64,000 nt of DNA. Source: Spirochaetales bacterium Spiro_04. Lineage in GTDB: Bacteria > Spirochaetota > Spirochaetia > Sphaerochaetales > Sphaerochaetaceae. Positions 17,387-26,527 of the stretch are shown here, in pieces. Position numbers and translations under genes: made by a program. The notes below the pieces were generated by a model. It was not told the origin of the DNA. It searched no databases and saw nothing but the letters and a program-made list of their open reading frames with translations. The stretch covers positions 8,323 to 72,322 of the forward strand of contig LVBF01000013.1 of assembly GCA_001604325.1 (NCBI GenBank), written 5' to 3'. The number at the start of each line of letters is the position of its first letter. Within the stretch, counting starts at the first letter, position 1.

Positions 17387-19612
17387 ATGGCGAAGACGAG
17401 GTACTTAAGCGAAGCAGAGAAACGGGAAGGCCAGAAGCACTTGTACCTCCAGGAGATGTACAACGGCATCGGCTACAGCTGGCTCGGCGATACCATCGTC
17501 TACCTCATGGCCATCTACTTCTCCGCAAGCAACATCGCCCTTGGGTATATCTCAGCCGCCGCCTACATCACCGGGGTGGTGCTTCCCTTTGTCCCGAGGA
17601 TCTTCCACGGCAAGAACCATATCAAGGTGCAGTCCACCGTCTGGGCGTGCAGGGGGTTTGTCTGCCTGCTCTATCTCGGTCTCTACTTCCTTTCCGGAAA
17701 GCCGGCGGTCGTGCTCTTGCTCGTGGTCTATACGCTCTTCAACCTCTTTCGGATGATCGGGGTGGCGTTGCACGACTCGACGGTGCGGACCGTCTCCTCC
17801 TCCAGCAACCGCGGCCGGGTGGTCGCCGGAATGAACACCGCCTACCAGGGCGCGTCGGTCGTGGTCAGGATCATCACGGCGGTGGTGCTCTCCATCGAGC
17901 GCTTCGCCGGTCTGGTCGGCCTCCTGGCCCTCCAGGTCGCCGGGGTGGTGGCGAACTTCCTCTCTGCACGACAGATGGCCAAGATCCCGTCGCGTACCAC
18001 CATCATGCACAAGAAGGGGCGGACGGTCGGTGTGCTCTTCAAGGAAGCCATGGCCGACCCCTCCATGCGGCGTCGCCTCATCCTGCGCTGGCTCTCCCTC
18101 TCCGTCTCGGTCGTCTTCGCCCTGACCACCCCCTTCCTGCGGGTAGAAGTCGGCCTCTCCAACTCCATGGTCGTCACCTACTCGGTGATCCTCAGCCTCG
18201 CGGTCATGGTGGCGAGCTACATCAGCAAGCATTTCTCGGACCGCCTCGGCAGTCGCCCGCTGGTCATCTTCTCCACCCTCTTCAGCCTCTTCTTCTTCCT
18301 CATCTGGTCGCTTATCAGCGCCCAGACCAAGGTGGCGTGGATCTTCGTGTTGGGGTTCTTCACCAACTTCTTCGTCAGCCTCATCAGCATCCTCACCTTC
18401 CGCCTCGTCACCCAGGTGATGCCCGACGACGAGACGGTGGCCTTCAACTCGATGGTCAACTTCGTCATCGCGATCATCGCGTTCGTCATCGGTATCTTCA
18501 GCGGCTTCCTCGCCGACCTCGCTCCCTTCGCCCGCACCCTGCTCGTCATCGGGGGGAAGGCGGTGGGCAACGGCTACACCTTCGTCTTCCTCTTCGCCAT
18601 CATCCTCACCGCATTGGAGGTCATCTTCTCCATCCGATTGCAGGAGGGGGGTGCCTATACCAGCCAGGCGGCGGCCCAGGTGCTCTTCTCACGCCACGGT
18701 CTGCGCGCCGTGTCGATGATCGAGAAGCTGCAACGGACCACCGACCCGGCGAAGCGGCGCTTCCTGATGCTCTCGCTCGGGGAGAACTTCAACAACCTCG
18801 CCACCAGTGAGCTGCGCCAGATCCTGGCCAGCCCCTTCTCCCCAGACAAGCGGGAGGCGGTGCGTACCCTTGCCGACCGCCCCCGCAAAGCGCTGCTCGA
18901 CGACCTCATCCGCGTCGCCCAGGATGATGACTCCTACGTCCAGCTCGACGCCATCGCCGCCTTGGGGGCGTACCGCAAGGAGGAGCGGGCCAAGCAGGTG
19001 CTGCTCAACTTGATGCAGAACGGTCGCTGGGCCAGCGTCCGTTCGATGGCGAGCAAGTCGCTTGCCCGGGTCAGCGAAGGCACCGAGTACCTGAACTTGG
19101 TCAATGAGCTCAGCCACTCGGCGCTCCATATCGACGAGACCATCGACTTTCTCGTCGCCAAGCGCATCATGGACAAGAGCGGCTCCTACCTGAGAGAGTT
19201 TTTCATCTCCATCGAGCAGGGACGCAGTCCCACCTTCCGCCAGACCCGCTATGCCGTCATCGACAGCATGATCAAATTCGACAGCCCGCGCCTCGCCCAG
19301 ATCTATGAGCGGATGAACCTGGGCAACAAGGATTACCTCTCCTCATTCCTCTCCGAGTCGCGCGACCTCTCCCTCATCGACCTCAACTACTCCAAGATCC
19401 TCTCCTGGTTCGCCAAGGAGGATTGGGAAAAGGTCCGTGAGCTCTGCGTGACGATCCTGGAGACGAGTGATTTGAGTTTCGATGAACTCTTCGACAACCT
19501 CAAGTGTGGCCTGCTCAAGGCCAAGGAGATGAACATCGCACTCTTCGATATCCAGGATATGCTGGCCATGCTCTACTTCAGCTACTCGCTGGGCAAGAAC
19601 GTGAAGAGCTGA
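17387..19612 (+). CDS. MFS-type membrane protein fused to a C-terminal HEAT-repeat region
   Basis: About 12 hydrophobic segments with SDRLGSRP loop motif, then about 320 aa soluble helical region with DDDSYVQLDAIAALG and SVRSMASKSL HEAT-like repeats. Confidence 0.78.
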   Translation: MAKTRYLSEAEKREGQKHLYLQEMYNGIGYSWLGDTIVYLMAIYFSASNIALGYISAAAYITGVVLPFVPRIFHGKNHIKVQSTVWACRGFVCLLYLGLYFLSGKPAVVLLLVVYTLFNLFRMIGVALHDSTVRTVSSSSNRGRVVAGMNTAYQGASVVVRIITAVVLSIERFAGLVGLLALQVAGVVANFLSARQMAKIPSRTTIMHKKGRTVGVLFKEAMADPSMRRRLILRWLSLSVSVVFALTTPFLRVEVGLSNSMVVTYSVILSLAVMVASYISKHFSDRLGSRPLVIFSTLFSLFFFLIWSLISAQTKVAWIFVLGFFTNFFVSLISILTFRLVTQVMPDDETVAFNSMVNFVIAIIAFVIGIFSGFLADLAPFARTLLVIGGKAVGNGYTFVFLFAIILTALEVIFSIRLQEGGAYTSQAAAQVLFSRHGLRAVSMIEKLQRTTDPAKRRFLMLSLGENFNNLATSELRQILASPFSPDKREAVRTLADRPRKALLDDLIRVAQDDDSYVQLDAIAALGAYRKEERAKQVLLNLMQNGRWASVRSMASKSLARVSEGTEYLNLVNELSHSALHIDETIDFLVAKRIMDKSGSYLREFFISIEQGRSPTFRQTRYAVIDSMIKFDSPRLAQIYERMNLGNKDYLSSFLSESRDLSLIDLNYSKILSWFAKEDWEKVRELCVTILETSDLSFDELFDNLKCGLLKAKEMNIALFDIQDMLAMLYFSYSLGKNVKS

Positions 19613-19644
19613 AGCAAACCGGCCACATCCTCCCCTTACAGGGT

Positions 19645-20637
19645 ATGTGGACCATCATCCTGCTTTGTATCACCCTCCTCTGCGGCTGCCAGAGTGACAT
19701 CGTCGATGACCCGAAGACCTTCCGGGTCGTCTCCTACAATGTGCAGAACCTCTTTGACGCGCACCTCGATGGCTCTGAGTACCCCGAGTACCAGGACAGC
19801 AAGCGATGGAGTGAGCGTACCTACCGCATGCGCTTGGATACCCTTGCGCGCACCCTCAGCGACAGTCGCCTCGGCTATCCCGATGTGGTGGTGCTCCAAG
19901 AGGTCGAGGGGGAACGGGTGGTGGTCGACCTGTTGCAGGGCCATCTCTGTCGGCGTGGCTACTGCTGGTACGCCACCGCCAAGGAGGAGGGAGGGGCCAT
20001 CAGCATCGCGATCATCAGCCGTCACCCCCTCGTCGAGGCGGCCGTGCACTCCCATAGCGGGGGGAGGCCGGCGCTCGAGGCGTCGGTGAACACCGAGGGT
20101 GGGACCATCACGATCTTTGCCCTCCATGCCAAGAGCCAGATTGGAGAGGCGGAGGAGACCGAAGCGAAACGGTTGGCTTTGATGCAGGCATTAACAGGTG
20201 CGGCTCGAGGTGACGCCAATGTCCTCCTTTGCGGGGACTTCAATGAGAATCCCGATGCGGTATGGCAGAGCGGCTCGAACCAAACCGCGCTCGTCGACAG
20301 CACCCACCCACAGAGGGATGCGTATGAAAGAGCAGGATCGCTGGTCATCAGCGGATCGCAGCGGGGACTCTTGCCGTCATGGTACTACTGTCCGTACCTC
20401 GATCTGAACAACACGCTCCTCGGCAGCTACGTCTATGGCGGGGTGTGGCAGCAGTACGACCAAATCCTTGCCGGCCATCGACTCTTCGATGGCATCGGAT
20501 GGGAGTATGATGATTTTGAGGTATGCACCCTGCCGTCCCTCATCGGGGGGGACGGCAAGCCGAAGGCGTGGAATGTCAATCTGCTCGATGGGGTCAGCGA
20601 CCACCTGCCGGTGCTCATGACCCTCAAGAGACGATGA
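19645..20637 (+). CDS. Endonuclease/exonuclease/phosphatase (EEP) family lipoprotein
   Basis: Lipobox-like LLCGC; SYNVQNLFD, LQEVE, CGDFNE, YDQIL and GVSDHLPV catalytic motifs intact. Confidence 0.88.
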   Translation: MWTIILLCITLLCGCQSDIVDDPKTFRVVSYNVQNLFDAHLDGSEYPEYQDSKRWSERTYRMRLDTLARTLSDSRLGYPDVVVLQEVEGERVVVDLLQGHLCRRGYCWYATAKEEGGAISIAIISRHPLVEAAVHSHSGGRPALEASVNTEGGTITIFALHAKSQIGEAEETEAKRLALMQALTGAARGDANVLLCGDFNENPDAVWQSGSNQTALVDSTHPQRDAYERAGSLVISGSQRGLLPSWYYCPYLDLNNTLLGSYVYGGVWQQYDQILAGHRLFDGIGWEYDDFEVCTLPSLIGGDGKPKAWNVNLLDGVSDHLPVLMTLKRR

Positions 20638-21273
20638 TCATCGGTTCTTGGGGAATTTGAGCTCGTAGAAGATCTGCTCCAACTCCAACGCGATGTTGAT
20701 GTTGTGGACGATGGGCAGGGTGCCGTCCTCCTGAAGGATCGGCTTGAGGGTGATCGGGGAGAAGTTCAACACCCCCATGATCCCGGCTTTGAGCACCCGC
20801 TCATAGGAGTCGCTTGCCGCCTGCTCAGGTACGGAGATGATGGCGACACTCACATCAAGGTTCCGGATCACCTCATCGAGGCGGCTGATCGGGTAGAGCG
20901 GCACCGGGTGGCTCGTGTCGTTGTAGACGACGGGGTCGCTGTCGAATCCTGCGACGATCCGTATCCCGTCGGGTTCGAAGCCCTTGTAGTGCATCAGGGC
21001 CTTGCCGATGCGTCCACACCCGATGATGATGCAGTTCTGGCTGTCGCCTTTCCCGAGGAGCTCGCCGAGGGAGAGGAGGAGATCGGCAATCTGATAGCCC
21101 CCGCGTTTCTGGCCATAGATGGAGAGCTGGCTGAAGTCCTTGCGGACGATGGCCGCCGAGACGCCGGCGGCATCGGCGAGGTTGTTCGCGAAGACTTTTT
21201 CCAGGCCGATTGTTTTGAGGCGGTTGAGAGAGCGGTAGTAGCGGGTGATACGAATCAACTGGTCCGTATTCAT
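20638..21273 (-). CDS. rex: Redox-sensing transcriptional repressor Rex
   Basis: VRKDFS...GQKRGGY wHTH; IIGCGRIGKAL Rossmann motif; GVLNFSP. Confidence 0.94.
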   Translation of the reverse strand: MNTDQLIRITRYYRSLNRLKTIGLEKVFANNLADAAGVSAAIVRKDFSQLSIYGQKRGGYQIADLLLSLGELLGKGDSQNCIIIGCGRIGKALMHYKGFEPDGIRIVAGFDSDPVVYNDTSHPVPLYPISRLDEVIRNLDVSVAIISVPEQAASDSYERVLKAGIMGVLNFSPITLKPILQEDGTLPIVHNINIALELEQIFYELKFPKNR

Positions 21274-21290
21274 GTCGATTTCTCCTATTA

Positions 21291-21328
21291 ATGTGAATAA
21301 TTGTACATAAACCGAAGAAGTGAGTCAA
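21291..21328 (-). promoter_or_regulatory. rex promoter overlapped by a candidate Rex operator
   Basis: Minus strand TTGACT(21328-21323)-17-TACAAT(21305-21300). ATGTGAA-TAAT-TGTACAT at 21291-21308 resembles TTGTGAA-N4-TTCACAA. Confidence 0.65.
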
Positions 21329-21447
21329 TAAAAATTAATATCTTAGTAAAATGATGTTATAGCATCAATAATTTTAAGAAAGATATGTACATGGTTATCA
21401 AGAAAATGGTAAAGTACATCCAAATGTCTTTTTGCAGTGGAGGGTAC

Positions 21448-21927
21448 ATGTCTCAAAGCAATGAAGTAATGTTTTCACCCGAGCTGGTCTCGTTCATCGA
21501 GGAGTGGAAAACAAAACCGGGCAACCTCATCATGGTGTTGCATAAGGTCCAAGAGGAGTTCCACTATATCAGCCGCGAGGCCGCTGACAAGGTAGCAGAG
21601 ATGCTCGATGTCCCATTGGCCTCCATCTGGGGAGTTGTGTCGTTTTATCACTTCTTCAAGCTGACCAAGCCGGGGAAGCACAATATCCAGGTCTGTATGG
21701 GCACCGCCTGTTATCTCAAGGGCGGACAAGGGGTCCTCGAGGAGCTGGGCTCCCAGCTGAAGATCCCCGCAGGGGCGGTCACGGAGGATGGGATCTTCTC
21801 GCTTGAGGGGGTGCGTTGCCTCGGTTGCTGCGGCCTTGCCCCGGTGATGAGCATCGGGGGTGAGGTGTACGGGAAGGTGACCAAGACTCAGATCCCCAAG
21901 ATCCTGGCAGCGTTGAGGCAGGCTTGA
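21448..21927 (+). CDS. hydC: [FeFe]-hydrogenase 2Fe-2S subunit (NuoE-like, HydC/HndA)
   Basis: VVSFYHFF, VCMGTACYLKG, RCLGCCGLAP. Confidence 0.9.
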   Translation: MSQSNEVMFSPELVSFIEEWKTKPGNLIMVLHKVQEEFHYISREAADKVAEMLDVPLASIWGVVSFYHFFKLTKPGKHNIQVCMGTACYLKGGQGVLEELGSQLKIPAGAVTEDGIFSLEGVRCLGCCGLAPVMSIGGEVYGKVTKTQIPKILAALRQA

Positions 21928-21934
21928 CCGTTGT

Positions 21935-22483
21935 ATGCATATCTCACTCTCCGACTATCTGATGGACATCGTGCAGAACTCGTTCGAGGCGGGCGCCTCG
22001 CATGTAGCGCTCACCATAGAAGAGGGTGAGCCCATGATGGTCTGTACGGTCACCGATGATGGCAAGGGGATGGATGATGATACGATGAAGCGGGCACTGG
22101 ACCCGTTCTACAGCGAGGAGGGCAAGCATCGGGGCCGACGATTCGGGCTTGGACTTCCCTTCCTGCATCAAGCGGTGGATGCCTGCAACGGTGAGTTTTC
22201 CTTGCGTTCACAGGTAGGAGAGGGGACCACGGTACGCTTCTCCTTTGATATGGAGAACATCGATAGTCCGCCGATCGGAGATTTGGCCTTTGCGCTTTGC
22301 ACCCTGCTGGCGCATCCGAAGGCAGAGGAGTTTGTGGTCACCCGAAGCATTGAGGGGGGCTCGAGCTATACCCTGGACCGGAAGGAACTGTTGGACGTGC
22401 TCGGCGAGTTCGAGAGTAGTGGAAGCCTGAGCCTGCTCAGGCAATATGTGACCAGCCAAGAGGCCGGTCTTCATGCTGAATAA
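21935..22483 (+). CDS. Histidine-kinase-like ATPase (stand-alone HATPase_c)
   Basis: DIVQNSFEAGA, DDGKGM, DPFYS, GLGL, GEGT; no HisKA or sensor domain. Confidence 0.85.
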   Translation: MHISLSDYLMDIVQNSFEAGASHVALTIEEGEPMMVCTVTDDGKGMDDDTMKRALDPFYSEEGKHRGRRFGLGLPFLHQAVDACNGEFSLRSQVGEGTTVRFSFDMENIDSPPIGDLAFALCTLLAHPKAEEFVVTRSIEGGSSYTLDRKELLDVLGEFESSGSLSLLRQYVTSQEAGLHAE

Positions 22484-22514
22484 CGTATAGTAATCCGAGA
22501 GAGGAGGATTAGAT

Positions 22515-22919
22515 ATGGCAAAGATGACACTGGAGGAGCTGCGATCGCTGCGTGAGCGGGTGCAGGGAGACATTCAGAAGCGGGATATCGAGGGCAAGGA
22601 CAGCCGGATCATCATCGGGATGGGTACGTGCGGCATCGCCGCTGGGGCCAAGGACACCCTCGACGCCTTCCTTGCAGCGCTGGATGAGCACAAGCTCACC
22701 AATATTTCGGTCACCCAGACCGGTTGCATGGGCCTCTGCTATGTAGAGCCGACCATCGAGGTCATCGTTCCCGGCATGCCGAACGTCATCTATGGGAAGG
22801 TGGACAAGAAGACCGCCAAGAAAATCGTCGAGGAGCATTTGATGGCTGGTCGCTTGGTTACCGACCATATCTTCGATCGCCCGGCGGCTGACATCATAAA
22901 GAAGGACGGGGGTAAATAA
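22515..22919 (+). CDS. Thioredoxin-like 2Fe-2S ferredoxin subunit (HydD/HndB)
   Basis: GMGTCGIAAGA, TGCMGLCYVEP. Confidence 0.88.
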   Translation: MAKMTLEELRSLRERVQGDIQKRDIEGKDSRIIIGMGTCGIAAGAKDTLDAFLAALDEHKLTNISVTQTGCMGLCYVEPTIEVIVPGMPNVIYGKVDKKTAKKIVEEHLMAGRLVTDHIFDRPAADIIKKDGGK

Positions 22920-24706
22920 TGGCATTTCGAAACTACATCCTGGTCTGCGGAGGAACGGCCTGTGAGTCGGTCAAGAGTCAGCAGATCTACCAGAATTTGA
23001 TCGCGGCCTGCAAGGAACACGGCGTCGCTGACGAAGTGCAGATCGTCATGACCGGTTGTTTCGGCTTCTGCGAACAGGGTCCGATCGTCAAGATCCTCCC
23101 CGAGGACGCCTTCTATGTAAAGGTGAAGCCTGAGGATGCCGACGAGATTATCCGCGAGCACATCGTCAAGGGACGGCAGGTCGAGCGCCTCCTCTATGAC
23201 AAGAGTGGCAGTACCCGCCACGCCCGTGTCGAGGACATCCAGTTTTATCAGAAGCAGTTCCGCATCGTGCTGCGCAACTGTGGATTCATCAACCCTGAGT
23301 CGATCGACGAGTACATCGCCCGAGAAGGCTATCAAGCGCTCGAGCGCGCCCTCTTCGAGATGACCAGCGACGAGATCATCGAGGAGCTGAAGAGCTCCGG
23401 CCTCAGGGGCCGCGGCGGTGCCGGCTTCCCCACCTGGATGAAGTGGAACTTCACCCGTCAGGTCAAGAACGACATCAAGTACGTCGTCTGTAACGCCGAT
23501 GAGGGGGACCCGGGCGCCTATATGGACCGCTCGACCCTCGAGGGAGACCCGCACTCGGTGCTCGAGGCGATGACGATCTGTGGCAAGACGGTCGGGGCCA
23601 ATAAGGGGTATATCTACATCCGAGCCGAGTATCCGCTGGCCATCAGCCGCTTGGAGATCGCCATGGCCCAGGCGAGGGAGTACGGCTTGTTGGGGAACAA
23701 CATCCTCGGCAGTGGATTTGACTTCGACATCGAGATCCGACTCGGCGCCGGAGCCTTCGTCTGTGGCGAGGAGACCGCTCTCCTGCAGTCCATCGAAGGC
23801 AAGCGCGGCATGCCGCAGCCCCGCCCGCCCTTCCCGGCGGTCAAGGGACTCTGGGGGCAGCCGACGGTCATCAGCAACGTGGAGACCTGGGCCAACGTGC
23901 CGGTCATCATCACCCGTGGAGCCTCCTGGTTCAACAAGATCGGGACCGCGGACTCCAAGGGAACCAAGGTCTTCGCCCTCACCGGGAAGATCCGCAACTC
24001 CGGGCTCGTCGAGGTTCCGATGGGGACCACGCTGCGCGAGATCATCTTCGACATCGGTGGCGGCATCGCTAACGACAAGAAGTTCAAGGCGGTACAGACC
24101 GGTGGTCCAAGTGGTGGCGTGCTCACCGAGGAGTACCTCGATACCCCGATCGACTTCGGCTCACTGGTCAAAGCCGGCTCAATGATGGGCAGCGGTGGAA
24201 TGATCGTCATGGACGAGGACGACTGTATCGTCGACGTGGTGAAGTTCTACCTCGACTTCTCGGTGGATGAGTCGTGCGGCAAGTGCGCCCCCTGCCGAAT
24301 CGGTGGGAAGAGCTTGGCACGGATTTTGGAGAAGATCACCAAGGGCAACGGCACCGTGGAGGACATCGACACGATGAGGACGATCGGGGAGGCCATGAAG
24401 AAGGGGAGCCTCTGCGCCCTTGGTCAGACGACCCCCAATCCGATCCTCTCCAGCCTTGATCACTTCCATGACGAGTATCTTGCCCATATCGTGGACAAGA
24501 AGTGCCCGGCGGGAAAGTGCAAGGATTTGATCTCCTACTGGATCTTGGAGGACAAGTGCACCGGCTGTACCGCCTGTGCCCGCAAGTGCCCGGTCAATGC
24601 GATCAGCGGCGCGCGAAAAGAGGTCCACGTCATAGATCAGAATGCCTGTATCCAGTGTGGCGCATGCTATGAAACGTGTCGGTTCGACGCCATTGAAATC
24701 CGCTGA
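22919..24706 (+). CDS. hydB: [FeFe]-hydrogenase NADH/FMN-binding subunit (NuoF-like, HydB/HndC)
   Basis: GLRGRGGAGFP, CNADEGDPGA, GAGAFVCGEETAL, ESCGKCAPCR, two C-terminal 4Fe-4S motifs. Confidence 0.94.
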   Translation: MAFRNYILVCGGTACESVKSQQIYQNLIAACKEHGVADEVQIVMTGCFGFCEQGPIVKILPEDAFYVKVKPEDADEIIREHIVKGRQVERLLYDKSGSTRHARVEDIQFYQKQFRIVLRNCGFINPESIDEYIAREGYQALERALFEMTSDEIIEELKSSGLRGRGGAGFPTWMKWNFTRQVKNDIKYVVCNADEGDPGAYMDRSTLEGDPHSVLEAMTICGKTVGANKGYIYIRAEYPLAISRLEIAMAQAREYGLLGNNILGSGFDFDIEIRLGAGAFVCGEETALLQSIEGKRGMPQPRPPFPAVKGLWGQPTVISNVETWANVPVIITRGASWFNKIGTADSKGTKVFALTGKIRNSGLVEVPMGTTLREIIFDIGGGIANDKKFKAVQTGGPSGGVLTEEYLDTPIDFGSLVKAGSMMGSGGMIVMDEDDCIVDVVKFYLDFSVDESCGKCAPCRIGGKSLARILEKITKGNGTVEDIDTMRTIGEAMKKGSLCALGQTTPNPILSSLDHFHDEYLAHIVDKKCPAGKCKDLISYWILEDKCTGCTACARKCPVNAISGARKEVHVIDQNACIQCGACYETCRFDAIEIR

Positions 24707-24726
24707 GCGAATTGGAGGATAGTGAA

Positions 24727-26475
24727 TTGAGTACTGTGAACATCAAGATAAATGGAACGCCCATCGAGGTCAGCGAAGGAACGTCCGTCCTGCATGCCGC
24801 ACGGCAGGCAGGCTACAAGATCCCGACCCTCTGTTACCACGAGGACTTGGCCCCCTTCGGATCATGTGGCCTCTGTATCGTAAAGCAGGAGGGGAGTTCG
24901 AAGATCATCCGCGCCTGCGCGGCCACCGCGTTTGAAGGGATGAGCATCATCACCCACGACCAGGAACTCTTCGAGGTGCGTAAGACGATTCTGGAGTTGA
25001 TCCTCTCCACCCACCCGTCGAGCTGCCTCACCTGTATCCGAAACGGTCAGTGTGAGTTGCAGGATCTGGCCGCCGAGTTTGGCATCCGTGAACAGCCCTT
25101 CGAGGTACGCCTCAGCGACCGCCCCAAGGATTGCTCCTCCGCCTCGATCGTCCTCGACCCGGAGAAGTGCATCAAGTGCGGCCGCTGTGTCCAGGTCTGT
25201 CAGGATCTGCAGGGGGTCTTCGCCCTCGAGTTCATCGGCCGTGGAAGTGGGACGGTCATGGCCCCTGCGGTGATGCTGCAGCTCGATGACAGCCCCTGCG
25301 TGCGCTGTGGCCAGTGCGCCGCGCACTGCCCGGTGGGAGCCATCTACGAGAAGGATGAGATCGCCACTTTCCGCGAGGCCGTCGCGGACCCGACCAAGCA
25401 GGTCGTCGTCCAGATCGCCCCCTCCATCCGTGTCGGCCTCTCCGAATCCTTCGGCCTGCCGCCCGGGACGGTGACGACCAAGAAGATCTACACCGCGTTG
25501 CGCAAGCTCGGAGTAGCGGCGGTCCACGACACCAACTTCGGTGCCGACTTGACCATCATGGAGGAGGGCAGTGAGCTGCTCGGCCGCATCGGCGGCGGCG
25601 GACCGCTTCCCCAGTTCACCTCCTGCTGCCCCGCGTGGGTGGACTACATCGAAAAGTTCTATCCGGATCTGCTCGAGTACGTCTCCAGTGCCAAGAGCCC
25701 GATGCAGATGGTCGGTGCGGTGCAGAAGACCTTCTATGCCGAGAAGGCGAAGATCGACCCCGCTTCGATGTATACGGTGGCCATCATGCCGTGTACCGCC
25801 AAGAAGTTTGAGACGGTGCGTGACAAGACCATGTATGCCAGCGGACATCAGGATGTCGATCTGGTGCTCACCACCCGTGAGTTCGCCCGCTTGATCAAGA
25901 GCTCGGGCATCGACTTCCTCTCCCTTGAGGAGGAGGAAGCGGACAACCCGCTCGGCGAGTACAGCGGAGCCGGTACGATCTTCGGAGCGACCGGAGGCGT
26001 CATGGAGGCTGCGGTGCGCACCGCCTACCACGTGGCGACCGGCAAGGAACTGACCAACATCGACATCGAGTCGGTGCGTGGCCTTGATGAGATCAAGAAG
26101 GGCACGGTGGACTTCGATGGAACCCCGGTCAGGGTCGCTGTGGTCCATGGCCTCTCCCACATCGCCGAGGTGCTCGATGAAGTGCGCGCGGCGAAGGCCA
26201 AGGGTGAGCAGGCCCCCTACGAGTTCATCGAGGTGATGGCCTGCCGTGGTGGTTGTATCGCCGGAGGCGGACAACCGTACGGGGCGACCGACATCCTGCG
26301 CAAGGAGCGGGCCGCCGGTCTCTACGCCGACGACAAGCACAGTGAAGTCCGGTGTTCACACCAGAATGAGTCGATCCTCGCGCTCTACGACCAGTTCCTG
26401 GAGAAGCCGCTGAGTGAGAAGGCCCACCACCTGTTGCACACGACCTACGAGAAGCGTCCGATGTATAAGGCGTAA
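24727..26475 (+). CDS. hydA: [FeFe]-hydrogenase catalytic subunit, group A (HydA/HndD)
   Basis: H-cluster motifs TSCCPAW, MPCTAKKFE, EVMACRGGCIAGGGQP; N-terminal Fe-S motifs; TTG start after GGAGG. Confidence 0.95.
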   Translation: MSTVNIKINGTPIEVSEGTSVLHAARQAGYKIPTLCYHEDLAPFGSCGLCIVKQEGSSKIIRACAATAFEGMSIITHDQELFEVRKTILELILSTHPSSCLTCIRNGQCELQDLAAEFGIREQPFEVRLSDRPKDCSSASIVLDPEKCIKCGRCVQVCQDLQGVFALEFIGRGSGTVMAPAVMLQLDDSPCVRCGQCAAHCPVGAIYEKDEIATFREAVADPTKQVVVQIAPSIRVGLSESFGLPPGTVTTKKIYTALRKLGVAAVHDTNFGADLTIMEEGSELLGRIGGGGPLPQFTSCCPAWVDYIEKFYPDLLEYVSSAKSPMQMVGAVQKTFYAEKAKIDPASMYTVAIMPCTAKKFETVRDKTMYASGHQDVDLVLTTREFARLIKSSGIDFLSLEEEEADNPLGEYSGAGTIFGATGGVMEAAVRTAYHVATGKELTNIDIESVRGLDEIKKGTVDFDGTPVRVAVVHGLSHIAEVLDEVRAAKAKGEQAPYEFIEVMACRGGCIAGGGQPYGATDILRKERAAGLYADDKHSEVRCSHQNESILALYDQFLEKPLSEKAHHLLHTTYEKRPMYKA

Positions 26476-26493
26476 TCTACAACATGCTCAAGA

Positions 26494-26520
26494 GAGAGGC
26501 CCGGAAATCCCGGGCCTCTC
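26494..26520. terminator. Hairpin between convergent hydA and lipoprotein genes (likely bidirectional terminator)
   Basis: GAGAGGCCCGG-AAATC-CCGGGCCTCTC. Confidence 0.7.
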
Positions 26521-26527
26521 CTCTTCG

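Noticed and set aside
17647-18810. 387-aa same-strand alternative-frame ORF inside the MFS gene
   Set aside because: Arg/Pro/His-rich translation typical of a shifted frame in GC-rich hydrophobic genes; no RBS or motifs.
21448-24706. NuoE/NuoF-like genes as respiratory complex I
   Set aside because: No membrane nuo genes are present, and the operon ends in an H-cluster hydrogenase subunit.
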